Assembly: GCA_047602425.1 (NCBI GenBank)
Contig: JASGHG010000001.1
Coordinates: forward strand, 4,480,001-4,544,000
Length of the DNA: 64,000 bases
DNA from: Nibricoccus sp.
Lineage (GTDB): Bacteria; Verrucomicrobiota; Verrucomicrobiia; Opitutales; Opitutaceae
Direction of reading: 5' to 3'
Under the pieces are notes generated by a model. The model searched no databases. It saw nothing but the letters and a program-made list of their open reading frames with translations, and was not told the DNA's origin. Position numbers and translations under genes: made by a program. Below are positions 8,967 through 18,386 of the stretch, in pieces (position 1 is the first letter of the stretch; every line of letters begins with the position of its first letter).

Positions 8967-9008
8967 AATTTAGCCCTTTGCGGCGCGGGCGTCGTTGATG
9001 CCGGTCAA
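8967..9008 (-). promoter_or_regulatory. FNR/Dnr-type box plus -10 element (class II promoter)
   Basis: TTGATGCCGGTCAA at 8995-9008. Minus-strand TAAATT at 8972-8967. Confidence 0.8.
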
Positions 9009-9041
9009 GTTTTCAGGCGGGTGGCTGTTTACCAAACCGAT

Positions 9042-10628
9042 TTATACGTCGTTGGCGGGCGTGATGCGTCCGTACAGTTCGCCCAATTCCCGTAGGTACG
9101 TGCTGCTGTCGAGGTAAAGGCGGCCGAGTTGTTCGGGGCGGAAACGCCATTGCCAGTTGCCGGCGGCAACGCCGGGGCTGTTGAGGCGGCCTTCCGACGC
9201 GAGACAGAAGAAGTCTTGCAGCGCAATAATGGCGAGATTGCACGGCGACGAATAAGCGGCGCGGATAAAATCCCAACCGACCTCGTGACCACTGATGCGG
9301 AAATAACGGCGCACGTGATCGCGGACATTTTCGGGCGCAGAACGATACCAGCCGAGAGTGGTATCGTTGTCGTGAGTTCCCGGATACACGACACTGTTGG
9401 TGTGGTGATTGTGCGGGAGGTAAAGATTGTCGGCTTTGCCACCGTAGGCGAATTGAAGGATGACCATGCCGGGGAGTCCAGTGGCGTCGCGCAGATCGAG
9501 GACAGAAGGCATCAGGTCGCCGAGATCCTCGGCAATGAGACGCGCATCGGGCATGGCCGCCTTTACCGCGGCAAAGAAAGGCAGGCCCGGGCCGGGGAGC
9601 CATTTGCCGGTACGGGCTGTCTCGGCGGAGGCGGGAATGGACCAGTACGTGTCGAAGGCGCGGAAGTGGTCGATGCGAAGGACGTCGCAGAGTTCGAAAT
9701 TGGCACGAAGGCGACTGAGCCACCATTTGTAACCATCGGCAGCATGCGCGGCCCAGTCGTAAAGCGGGTTGCCCCAGAGCTGTCCATCGGCCGAAAAATA
9801 ATCGGGAGGAACGCCGGCGACGGCCAGCGGGCATCCGGTGGTTTGGTCGATTTGGAAAAGTTGGGGATTGGCCCAGACGTCGGCGCTGTCGAGAGCGACG
9901 AAGATCGGCGCGTCGCCGATGATTTCGATGCCGCGTTTGCGGGCGTTGGCCCGAACCTCCTGCCATTGCCCAAAGAAAAGATACTGACAGAAGGCGTAGG
10001 CCTCGGCCTTGGCGGACACGCCTTCGGGCAGGGTGGCGCCTTGTGCGAGTTTAAAGAAGCGGAATTCGGCCGGCCAGTCCCACCAGGGCTGCCCTTTGTG
10101 GCAATCCTTGAGCGCCATAAAAAGCGTGTACGGCGCGAGCCAGTCACGATGCTTTTTCTGAAAATCGGCGAAGTCGCCATAGGGCTGGGCGGGGGCGCCG
10201 GGCGCGTTTTTTAAATTTTGAAACGCCCTGAACAGAACCGGCCACTTCGTGACGTACAACCAACCGAAATCGACATGATCCTGCGGCAGGGCGCGGAGTG
10301 GGCTGAGATCGGCGTCCGTCAGCAATCCGTGGTTTTTGAGCGCCTCAAGATCGATCAGGTACGGATTGCCGGCGAACGAGGAAAAGCATTGATAAGGCGA
10401 ATCACCGTAGCCGGTCGGTCCGAGCGGGCAGACCTGCCAGTAGCGGAAACCAGCGGATTGGAGGAAGGCCAGCCACGCATCGACCGCGCCGTCGAGCGAG
10501 CCCACGCCATAGGAACCGGGAAGGCAGGTCGGATGCAGCAGCACGCCAGCAGCACGTTCAGTCAGCCAGTCGAACAACGGAGCAACAACGGATCTTTTTC
10601 GCGGCTCAAGTTTGGTGGTGTCGCTCAT
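9042..10628 (-). CDS. malQ: 4-alpha-glucanotransferase (amylomaltase, GH77)
   Basis: AGVPPDYFSADGQLWGNP, RIDHFR, AEDLG and YPGTHDNDT motifs. Confidence 0.95.
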   Translation of the reverse strand: MSDTTKLEPRKRSVVAPLFDWLTERAAGVLLHPTCLPGSYGVGSLDGAVDAWLAFLQSAGFRYWQVCPLGPTGYGDSPYQCFSSFAGNPYLIDLEALKNHGLLTDADLSPLRALPQDHVDFGWLYVTKWPVLFRAFQNLKNAPGAPAQPYGDFADFQKKHRDWLAPYTLFMALKDCHKGQPWWDWPAEFRFFKLAQGATLPEGVSAKAEAYAFCQYLFFGQWQEVRANARKRGIEIIGDAPIFVALDSADVWANPQLFQIDQTTGCPLAVAGVPPDYFSADGQLWGNPLYDWAAHAADGYKWWLSRLRANFELCDVLRIDHFRAFDTYWSIPASAETARTGKWLPGPGLPFFAAVKAAMPDARLIAEDLGDLMPSVLDLRDATGLPGMVILQFAYGGKADNLYLPHNHHTNSVVYPGTHDNDTTLGWYRSAPENVRDHVRRYFRISGHEVGWDFIRAAYSSPCNLAIIALQDFFCLASEGRLNSPGVAAGNWQWRFRPEQLGRLYLDSSTYLRELGELYGRITPANDV

Positions 10629-10783
10629 GGTTTGTTGGTAGGATCGCGTAGCTAGGATTTGCAGAAAGCAAATAACAGACTGGGATTAACCGCAAGCTGG
10701 CAGACGGCGGTGTATGGTCGTACTTTGTGCCGTAATTTCGAGGTGGAATTTGGCCAGATTTGCGGTCGAATATCCCGCATATT

Positions 10784-11248
10784 ATGAAGGCAGTTATTTT
10801 TCTGGGCCTATGGGTTTCCTTGGTCGGTAGTACTGGTTGTGCAGTAGCAAAGGACGAGATCGCTGTCGTTTTACCTCCTTCTCCCACATCTGAAGAGCGT
10901 ATATTTGCAGACACAATTCTAACTGCATTCAAGCGGAAGGATCCAGCGCTGCTCACAGAGATTTCCCACTGGAAATCGTCGGAAGGCAAGCCGACCTTTT
11001 TTGCGGAGTTTTATGGCGAGTTGCTTAAACGAGGCTGCAAAAAGCTCACCATCGAGCGGGTCGATCCCAAACTCGCCACGGAGCGAATTGAAAACAACGA
11101 ACGAATCCGAGAAAGTCTGCCAGTAAGCTGGGTTCTTGTGGTCTATCATTCCACAACGGCCAGTATTTCTACTGATATGAACGCCGGGCTTGATGAGGGG
11201 ATCATCAAGTTGACAACTTCCTCCGTCGTTAAAGAGAGCGAGAAATAG
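10784..11248 (+). CDS. Hypothetical exported protein/lipoprotein
   Basis: Signal-peptide-like N-terminus ending STGC. Lower GC than neighbours. Confidence 0.6.
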   Translation: MKAVIFLGLWVSLVGSTGCAVAKDEIAVVLPPSPTSEERIFADTILTAFKRKDPALLTEISHWKSSEGKPTFFAEFYGELLKRGCKKLTIERVDPKLATERIENNERIRESLPVSWVLVVYHSTTASISTDMNAGLDEGIIKLTTSSVVKESEK

Positions 11249-11256
11249 CGTACGCG

Positions 11257-13212
11257 TTATACCCCCGCTTCGACCTGGGCGTGGTGGAGATTGCGCCAGC
11301 GGGCGAGGATGCGGCGGTACATTTCGTCCGGCGCGAGGCCGTTGGCGGCGCGCAGGGTCGCGACGTCGGAACCGTGTTCGATGAACTTGTCGGGCCAGCC
11401 GATGCGTTCGACGGCGGTCGTGCATTCGCCTTCTTGCAGCGCTTCGAGCACGCCGCTGCCAAAACCGCCAGCGAGGACGTTGTCCTCAAGTGTGACGAGC
11501 AGTGGAACGACGGCGGCCTGGCTAAGCAGGAGTTCGCGGTCGAGTGGTTTGGCAAAGCGGGCATTGACGACGCCGACGGACAGATGCTCCTCGGCCTCGA
11601 GGCGCGCGGCGAGCTTGAGGGCTTCAGCGACCATGGGTCCGAGCGCCCAAAGGATGATATTGGATCCTTGCTTCAACACTTCGGCCTGGCCGATGGTTAG
11701 GGTTGCGGGCTGGGCTTTGATCGGCGCGCCGGTGCCGGCGCCGCGTGGGTAGCGGATGAACGCGGGCGAGTCCTGCCGGAGGGAAGTGTGGAGCATGTCG
11801 ACCAGTTCGGCTTCGTCCTTCGGCTGCATGACGATGGTGTTGGGTACGCAGCGGAGGTAGGAAAGATCGAAGAGGCCGTGGTGGGTCGGGCCGTCGTTGG
11901 GTGAAAGGCCGGCGCGGTCCATGCAAAACGTCACGGGGAGATTTTGCAGACAGACATCGTGAATGATTTGATCGAAGCCGCGCTGGAGGAATGTCGAATA
12001 GATCGCGACGACCGGGCGAATGCCCTTGGTGGCGAGGCCGGCGGCGAAAAGCACGGCGTGTTCCTCGGCGATGCCGACATCGAAAAATTGCTTCGGGCAG
12101 GCGGCGGCGAGGTGGTGCAGGCCGGTGCCGCTGGGCATGGCACCGGTGATGCCGACGATGCGGGCGTCTTCCTTGGCGAAACGGGCGAGTGATTGGCCGA
12201 ACACGTCCTGGTAATTGGGAGGCGTTCCGGGCGCGGAGGCTTTGCTCTCGCCGGTTTCGGGATTGTAGGGGCTGGCGCCGTGAAATTTTTCCGGGTGCTC
12301 GATGGCGGCGGGCAGACCGCGGCCTTTTTTCGTGAGCACGTGAAGAACGACCGGAACGTCGGAGCTTTTGGCAAATTCCAGATTCTTGGTCAGCTCTTCG
12401 AGATTGTGGCCATCAACCGGTCCGAGGTAACGCAGGCCAAATTTTTCGAAGAGACTGGAGCTCACAAAAAAGTCTTTCGTCTCGCGTTTCCATTTCACCC
12501 ACATGCGGTGCATGTCATGGCCGTGGGGAAGGCTGGTGAAAAACTTTTCGAGGTCGTGGTGGACCTTGTTGTAAGTCGGATTGGTGGAAAGTTTGTTGAG
12601 GTATTTGGCGATGGCGCCGACATTCTTGGCGATCGACCACTCATTGTCGTTGAGGACGAGGATGAGACGCTTGGTCGACGCGACGACGTTGTTGAGCGCT
12701 TCGAGGGTAATGCCGCAAGTGAACGCAGCGTCGCCGCAAACCGCGACGACGTGTTCGTGGGTGCCGCGGAGATCGCGCGCGGTCGCCATGCCGAGGGCGG
12801 CGCTGAGGGCGGTGCCGGCGTGTCCGGCACCGAAACTGTCGTGGGCGCTTTCGTTGCGGTAGCTGAAGCCGCTGATGCCTCCGGTTTGGCGTAGCTTTTT
12901 GAAACCATCGCCATTGCGGCCCGTGAGAAGCTTGTGAACGTAGCTTTGATGGCTGACGTCGAAAACGAACTGGTCGTCGGGTGTGGAGAAAACGCGATGG
13001 AGCGCGAGCGTGAGTTCGACGACGCCGAGATTTGGGCCGACGTGCCCGCCATTTTTCGCGGTGACCGCAATAATGACGTCGCGGATTTCCTGGGCGAGGC
13101 GGGTCAGTTGGTCGGGCGTGAGGCGCTTTACGTCAGCCGGTCCCTGAATCGTATCGAGAAGGCGCGAAGGAGCTGGCATGGCGTTGGCGGAGGCGGAAGA
13201 CGAAGAATTCAT
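11257..13212 (-). CDS. dxs: 1-deoxy-D-xylulose-5-phosphate synthase
   Basis: GGHVGPNLG, FDVSHQSY, GAGHAGT, GIAEEHAV, DRAG and DGPTHHG motifs. Start could be 13179. Confidence 0.97.
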   Translation of the reverse strand: MNSSSSASANAMPAPSRLLDTIQGPADVKRLTPDQLTRLAQEIRDVIIAVTAKNGGHVGPNLGVVELTLALHRVFSTPDDQFVFDVSHQSYVHKLLTGRNGDGFKKLRQTGGISGFSYRNESAHDSFGAGHAGTALSAALGMATARDLRGTHEHVVAVCGDAAFTCGITLEALNNVVASTKRLILVLNDNEWSIAKNVGAIAKYLNKLSTNPTYNKVHHDLEKFFTSLPHGHDMHRMWVKWKRETKDFFVSSSLFEKFGLRYLGPVDGHNLEELTKNLEFAKSSDVPVVLHVLTKKGRGLPAAIEHPEKFHGASPYNPETGESKASAPGTPPNYQDVFGQSLARFAKEDARIVGITGAMPSGTGLHHLAAACPKQFFDVGIAEEHAVLFAAGLATKGIRPVVAIYSTFLQRGFDQIIHDVCLQNLPVTFCMDRAGLSPNDGPTHHGLFDLSYLRCVPNTIVMQPKDEAELVDMLHTSLRQDSPAFIRYPRGAGTGAPIKAQPATLTIGQAEVLKQGSNIILWALGPMVAEALKLAARLEAEEHLSVGVVNARFAKPLDRELLLSQAAVVPLLVTLEDNVLAGGFGSGVLEALQEGECTTAVERIGWPDKFIEHGSDVATLRAANGLAPDEMYRRILARWRNLHHAQVEAGV

Positions 13213-13254
13213 CGAGCGGTGAGCTGCGTGATAGTAGACGGTGGCGCGGGTGGC

Positions 13255-13503
13255 TCAGCGGTCGCGTTCGGCGGTCGGAAAAGTGGTGAAGGCGATGCCG
13301 TCTTTTTGTTTTTTGAGCAGCTCAATTTTCATTTCGGCATCTTTGAGACGTGTTTCGCAAATTTTCAGAAGTTTATTGCCCTCTTCGTACTTAGCGAGCA
13401 AGTCGGCCAGCGGCACGTCGCCGGATTCCATGGTGTCGACGATGGTTTCGAGCTGGGCGAGGGCGTCTTCGAAGGAAAGTGATTTGTCGGGCTTGGCTTC
13501 CAC
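13255..13503 (-). CDS. xseB: Exodeoxyribonuclease VII small subunit
   Basis: SFEDALAQLETIV...YEEG...C...L pattern. Located upstream of dxs. Confidence 0.93.
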   Translation of the reverse strand: MEAKPDKSLSFEDALAQLETIVDTMESGDVPLADLLAKYEEGNKLLKICETRLKDAEMKIELLKKQKDGIAFTTFPTAERDR

Positions 13504-13634
13504 GCGCCCAATCTGTGCGGAGAGTGCGGCTTTTCAACAAAACTTTGGAAAAGGCATGAGGCGAATCACGGGAGTGAGATGGTGGACAAAGTTTTGCGTT
13601 GGCCCGGATCGGGAAGTCGCTGCACAGTTGGGGC

Positions 13635-14873
13635 ATGGTTTTAACGATTGTTGTCGCCCTGATAGTGCTGCGTCTCGCGGCCGAAATAGTTCTGAGCTTG
13701 CTGAATTGCGCCGAGGCGCGCAAAAACGCGGCCAAGCCGCCGGCGGCGGTGGCGGCCATCACAGATGAAGCGAGCTATGCAAAATCCGTCGAATACACGC
13801 TGGCCAAGGGGCGCTTTGGCCGGATCGAACTCGTGTGGGATTCCCTCGTGCTCGTAGTCGTGCTGAGCTGCGGCCTGCTGCCTTGGTTGTATGCGAAGTT
13901 TGCTCCGATTTCGCCGACGGGTGTTTGGGACGACGCCTTGTTTTTGATCGCAACAGGGCTGCTGCTCGGCCTGCCGTCGCTACCGCTCGATTGGTGGGGA
14001 CAATTTAAACTGGAGGAGAAATTTGGATTCAACAAAAGCACTCTGGGCTTGTGGATCAGCGATAAGATCAAAGGCATGGTGCTGGGCCTGGCGATTGGTT
14101 TTCCGCTGCTTTGGGCTCTGCTGTCACTTGTGCGGCTGGCCGGTAGCACCTGGTGGATTTGGGGCTTTGCGTTGGTTTTTGTTTTTCAACTGTTGATGCT
14201 GGTACTCTACCCGAAACTGATTTTGCCACTCTTCAACAAACTCACGCCGCTGCCGGAGGGCGATTTGCGCAAGCGGCTGTTGGAACTGTCGGAGCGGACC
14301 GGGTTTCGCGCGTCGACGATTCAAGTGATGGACGGCAGCAAACGCTCCGGACATTCGAACGCGTTTTTCACGGGCTTCGGAAAATTCCGTCGTATTGTGC
14401 TTTTCGATACATTGATCGAACAGCTCAAGCCGGAGGAACTCGAAGCCGTGCTGGCGCACGAAGTCGGCCACTATAAACGCGGGCATATCCCGAAAACGAT
14501 TGCAGTGAGCGCGGTGATGATGCTGGGCGCGTTTGCCGCCATCGCGTGGCTGGCGCAGGCGCCCTGGTTCAATACGGCGTTCGGTCTACCTGCGGGGGAA
14601 ATCGCGCCAGCATTTTTGCTCTTTGGCCTGCTGAGCGGTTTGGCGACATTCTGGTTCACACCGGTCGGGAATTATTTCTCGCGAAAGCATGAATACGAAG
14701 CCGACGCTTTTGCACGCGAAGCGGTGGGCGGCGCGGGACCGATGATCGGCGCGCTCCATGTGCTGGCGAAAAAAAACCTGAGCAATCTCACGCCGCATCG
14801 CTGGTTCAGCGGGTTTTACTATTCGCATCCGACGGTGGTGGAACGCGAGGAGGCTCTACTCGCGGCGAAATGA
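13635..14873 (+). CDS. M48 (Ste24-like) membrane metallopeptidase
   Basis: DGSKRSGHSNAFFTG, AHEVGH (HExxH), EYEAD and SHP motifs. Confidence 0.92.
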   Translation: MVLTIVVALIVLRLAAEIVLSLLNCAEARKNAAKPPAAVAAITDEASYAKSVEYTLAKGRFGRIELVWDSLVLVVVLSCGLLPWLYAKFAPISPTGVWDDALFLIATGLLLGLPSLPLDWWGQFKLEEKFGFNKSTLGLWISDKIKGMVLGLAIGFPLLWALLSLVRLAGSTWWIWGFALVFVFQLLMLVLYPKLILPLFNKLTPLPEGDLRKRLLELSERTGFRASTIQVMDGSKRSGHSNAFFTGFGKFRRIVLFDTLIEQLKPEELEAVLAHEVGHYKRGHIPKTIAVSAVMMLGAFAAIAWLAQAPWFNTAFGLPAGEIAPAFLLFGLLSGLATFWFTPVGNYFSRKHEYEADAFAREAVGGAGPMIGALHVLAKKNLSNLTPHRWFSGFYYSHPTVVEREEALLAAK

Positions 14874-15820
14874 AATTCGGAATGGCCACAAAAAGCACAA
14901 AAGGCACAAAACACTTCAGCGGGCGGGCTTGGCCGGGGATTGGCTATGTGTGGTTGTTGTTGTTTGTTTGGACGGCTTTAAAGGCCGAAACTATCACCAT
15001 CGCTACGTATAACGTGCAAAACTATGGCCTTGCCGATCGCATGGTCGAAGGGACGTTCAGACAGGCGTATCCGAAACCGGAGACAGAGAAAAAGGCGCTG
15101 CGCGCGGTGATTCGCACCCTCGATGCCGACGTGATCGCATTGCAGGAAATCGGCCCAAAGTCGTTTTTGGAGGAATTGCAACGGGACCTTGCGGCCGACG
15201 GCGTAAAGTACCCCTACGCGGAATTGTTGGAAGCTGCCGATGAGGAACGGCACGTGGCGATTTTGTCGCGGCGGCCCTTTGCTTCCGTGGGACGGCACAC
15301 GGACCTGACATTTTCATATTTTAAGACGAAGGAGCCGGTGAAACGAGGTCTGCTCGAAGTGCGTTTCAAAATGGAAAGTGGCGAGCTCACGCTGTTCGTC
15401 GTGCACCTGAAAAGTCGTTTCACCGATCGGGACGACGATCCGCTTTCGGCGCAACGTCGGCTCGGCGAAGCGGTGGCAGTGCGCGATCGTGTGCTGAAAC
15501 TTTTCCCAGAACCAACGAAAGCGCGGTTTATCTTGATGGGCGATTGCAACGACAGCGGTGCCAGCCGGCCATTGCGCTCCCTCATGAAACGCGGCGAGGC
15601 GGAGATTTTTCAGCGCGTGCCCGCGACGGACAGCCGGGGCGAAGTCTGGACGCATTTTTATCGAAAGGAGCAGACCTACAGCGCTGTCGATCACGTGTTG
15701 ATTTCGCCGGCGCTGAAAACGGCGGTGGTCACCGGAACGGCCACAATTTGCGATTCGTCTGAGGTATTGGAGGCGAGCGATCACCGGCCGGTGGTGGTGA
15801 AACTCAAGTGGGAAAAATAG
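14870..15820 (+). CDS. Endonuclease/exonuclease/phosphatase-family exported protein
   Basis: ATYNV, ALQE, HLKS, GDCND, DH and SDHRP motifs. Start uncertain. Confidence 0.88.
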   Translation: MKFGMATKSTKGTKHFSGRAWPGIGYVWLLLFVWTALKAETITIATYNVQNYGLADRMVEGTFRQAYPKPETEKKALRAVIRTLDADVIALQEIGPKSFLEELQRDLAADGVKYPYAELLEAADEERHVAILSRRPFASVGRHTDLTFSYFKTKEPVKRGLLEVRFKMESGELTLFVVHLKSRFTDRDDDPLSAQRRLGEAVAVRDRVLKLFPEPTKARFILMGDCNDSGASRPLRSLMKRGEAEIFQRVPATDSRGEVWTHFYRKEQTYSAVDHVLISPALKTAVVTGTATICDSSEVLEASDHRPVVVKLKWEK

Positions 15821-15873
15821 AGGGCGCTGTAGCGCGGCGCGCCACTGGGATTCGGTATTTTGCCGGATGACGA

Positions 15874-15898
15874 GTTTGTTACGTAATACGTGACAAAC
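15874..15898. repeat. TAATA-centred palindrome, copy 1
   Basis: GTTTGTTACGTAATACGTGACAAAC, related to 29823-29841 and 60953-60977. Confidence 0.8.
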
Positions 15899-15966
15899 AT
15901 CGCGAGCCTAGAGCACATACGATAAAACTATAGTCGTAAATCGGTATTACAAACCGAGCTGTCTTC

Positions 15967-16036
15967 GTAGGGCGCAGTCTTGCTACGCCCTTTCTGTGGC
16001 AAAGCCAAACCGGGCGCAGCAAGACTGCGCCCCTAC
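15967..16036. repeat. Inverted pair of GTAG-family REPs (REPIN-like)
   Basis: GTAGGGCGCAGTCTTGCTACGCCC (15967-15990) and GGGCGCAGCAAGACTGCGCCCCTAC (16012-16036). Confidence 0.8.
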
Positions 16037-16125
16037 ACCCGGAGTAGTGCGGTGATGACATTTTTAAAAATGCTCTAGAAGGCCGGAGATAAGAGCGGTT
16101 TGTCGGATTCGTTTGATTTGGGCGC

Positions 16126-16156
16126 AAAAAAACCGGCTCCTTGCGAGAGCCGGTTT
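16126..16156 (-). terminator. Intrinsic terminator
   Basis: A7-CCGGCTC-loop-GAGCCGG, downstream of the 16178-17143 gene. Confidence 0.8.
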
Positions 16157-16177
16157 CGGGAATTATTTTGTCGATGT

Positions 16178-17143
16178 TTAGTTGACCGTGATCGGGACGT
16201 GCAGCTCTTTCACGCCGGGGCCCTTAATGAAGAGGGTGCCTTTGCCGGGACGGCCGCCTTCAATGGTAATGGTGGTCGTGTTGTTGCCCTGCGGGATGAT
16301 GACCTCGGGCATGATCACGCTCTCGGGAACGTCGGTGGTGACGTCAATGAGCAGACCGCCAGCGGTTGCGGCGACAGGAGAGGTAAAGGTGAGCGGAGCT
16401 TTTTCGCCGCGGCGCAACGTGATCGCGGTGGGCGAGACGAGCAGGCCGCCCGCGTTAGGAGCCGAGAAGCCGGTGCTGGACAGGTCGCTGCCGACCGGAC
16501 CATCGATGCGGAAAGTGCCGACGGGCGTCTGGCTGGTGCCGCTGCCGATGGACACGCGGTAGTTGCGATTGGCGTCAAGACCGGGAACGTAGAACCCGAT
16601 GGAGCCGGCCGATTCGAAGACGGTGCGGACGGGAGTTTCGTCGAAGTTGATGATGTCGTTGGGCGTGAAACCGCGACCGCTGATGCGAACGAGCGCGCCG
16701 ACGGGGCCGCGATTGGCTTCGATCGAGACGATGTAGCGGCTCAGGATCTGCGAGCGTTGCAGCGGCGTGTAATCCTCGCGGGAGGAAGTCAGGCCATTGG
16801 AACGTTGGATCTGGTAGTTAGTTTGGATATAGTAAACGAGTTCGTTGCGGCCGGCGGGAACTTGATAATCGACTTCCCAAATGTCCTGGCCGAGCGGGCT
16901 CTTCTTGAGCGCGATACTTTGGCCATCGATGACGAGCATGGGAACGACGGTGCCCGGCACGTAATCGGCATCACGGGGGTTGACGCGCGCGGAAATCGTA
17001 TAGATTTGCGACGGATTTTCCGGGAAGGTCGACGGCGTCAGATTGGTGATCGAGGCTGTGTAGCAGCCCGTCAGCATGAGGGAGAGGGCGGCGCCCAACC
17101 CGAGGAAGATTCGTCTCGCGTGAGAGAAGCGGTTGTTTTGCAT
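16178..17143 (-). CDS. Lipoprotein with IPT/TIG-like Ig domains
   Basis: Lipobox LTGC, GPVGALVRISGRGF (IPT-like), beta-rich sequence. Confidence 0.75.
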   Translation of the reverse strand: MQNNRFSHARRIFLGLGAALSLMLTGCYTASITNLTPSTFPENPSQIYTISARVNPRDADYVPGTVVPMLVIDGQSIALKKSPLGQDIWEVDYQVPAGRNELVYYIQTNYQIQRSNGLTSSREDYTPLQRSQILSRYIVSIEANRGPVGALVRISGRGFTPNDIINFDETPVRTVFESAGSIGFYVPGLDANRNYRVSIGSGTSQTPVGTFRIDGPVGSDLSSTGFSAPNAGGLLVSPTAITLRRGEKAPLTFTSPVAATAGGLLIDVTTDVPESVIMPEVIIPQGNNTTTITIEGGRPGKGTLFIKGPGVKELHVPITVN

Positions 17144-17219
17144 TGGGATTTTCCGATTAAAAAATCACTGTGAAGGCAATATAAACTTATGCGGCTTGGC
17201 AATGAGCGAAATTAAAAAC

Positions 17220-18386
17220 ATGCAGACCCTAGCGCCAGTCAGAAATGCACTGGGGTTGTACGTGCATGTGCCTTTTTGTGCAAGGACGTGCGATTATTGC
17301 GCCTTTTATCAGGTTGCGCCCACGGCGGCGATGGTTCGCGAGTACCTCGAGGGCGTCGCCCGGGAGGCGGAATTGGTTAGGTGGATCCAGCCGGTGGATA
17401 CGATTTTCTGGGGCGGCGGCACGCCGGGATTGCTGGCGCCAGCGGACTTGCGACGTTTGGGCGAGACGGTGAAGACGCGTTTTGGCGGTGTGCCGTCGGA
17501 ATGGTCGGTGGAACTGGCGCCGGGTTCGGTCACCGAGGCGCGGCTGGCGGTTTTGCGGGAATTAGGTGTCACACGTGTTTCGATGGGCGCGCAAAGTTTT
17601 CAGCCAAGTTTGTTGGAGGCATTGGGCCGGCCGCACACGCGGGAACAAATTTTGCGGGCTTACGAACGGATACGCGCGGCGGGTTTCATCAACGTGAATA
17701 TCGATCTCATGTTTGCCGTGCCCGGGCAGGACGAAGCCTCGTGGCTGGAGGATGTGCGCATGGCGGTCGATCTCGCGCCGGAGCATCTCTCCACCTATTG
17801 CCTAACCTTTGAAGAGGATACAGCGCTTTGGGTGAAACTGTCGCAGGGCAAAGTGAAGCTCGATTCCGAGCGCGAGGCGCGGCTCTACGAAAAAACATGG
17901 GAGCAACTCGACGCTGCGGGTTACGCGCAGTACGAAATTTCCAATTTCGCCCGGCGAGGTTATTCGTGCCTCCACAATTTGAATACATGGCGCATGCACG
18001 AGTGGGTTGGTCTTGGGCCGGCGGCTTCGTCGCAATATTCGGGTTGGCGGGGCACCAATATCGACGACCTGGCAAAGTGGAACGAGCGGCTCGCCCGCGG
18101 CGAACGAGCCACGGAAGATCGTGCGGAAATTACACCGGCATTGCTGGCTGAAGACGCAATCGTGTTTGGCCTGCGCATGAACGAAGGCGTGGACCTGACG
18201 GCGTTGCGTGCGCGTTTTCCGCAGGCGCCATGGAACGCCATGGACGAATTTGCGGCGCGGTTAACCGCGGAAGGATTGGCCAAGTTGACCAACGGTCAAC
18301 TTGCACTGACCTTGCGCGGCCGGCTCATAGCTGATGCGATCGGCGCCGAAGTAATGACTACAATGGATCGCGAGACTTCCGTATGA
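17220..18386 (+). CDS. hemW: Radical SAM heme chaperone HemW
   Basis: LYVHVPFCARTCDYCAF, GGGTP, YEISNF and HNLNTW motifs. Start 17202 or 17220. Confidence 0.9.
   Translation: MQTLAPVRNALGLYVHVPFCARTCDYCAFYQVAPTAAMVREYLEGVAREAELVRWIQPVDTIFWGGGTPGLLAPADLRRLGETVKTRFGGVPSEWSVELAPGSVTEARLAVLRELGVTRVSMGAQSFQPSLLEALGRPHTREQILRAYERIRAAGFINVNIDLMFAVPGQDEASWLEDVRMAVDLAPEHLSTYCLTFEEDTALWVKLSQGKVKLDSEREARLYEKTWEQLDAAGYAQYEISNFARRGYSCLHNLNTWRMHEWVGLGPAASSQYSGWRGTNIDDLAKWNERLARGERATEDRAEITPALLAEDAIVFGLRMNEGVDLTALRARFPQAPWNAMDEFAARLTAEGLAKLTNGQLALTLRGRLIADAIGAEVMTTMDRETSV

Noticed and set aside
11257..13503. xseB-dxs lacking ispA; likewise pdhABC lacking lpdA and sufU-sufS lacking sufBCD
   Set aside because: Split operons of this kind are common and the partners are probably elsewhere in the genome.
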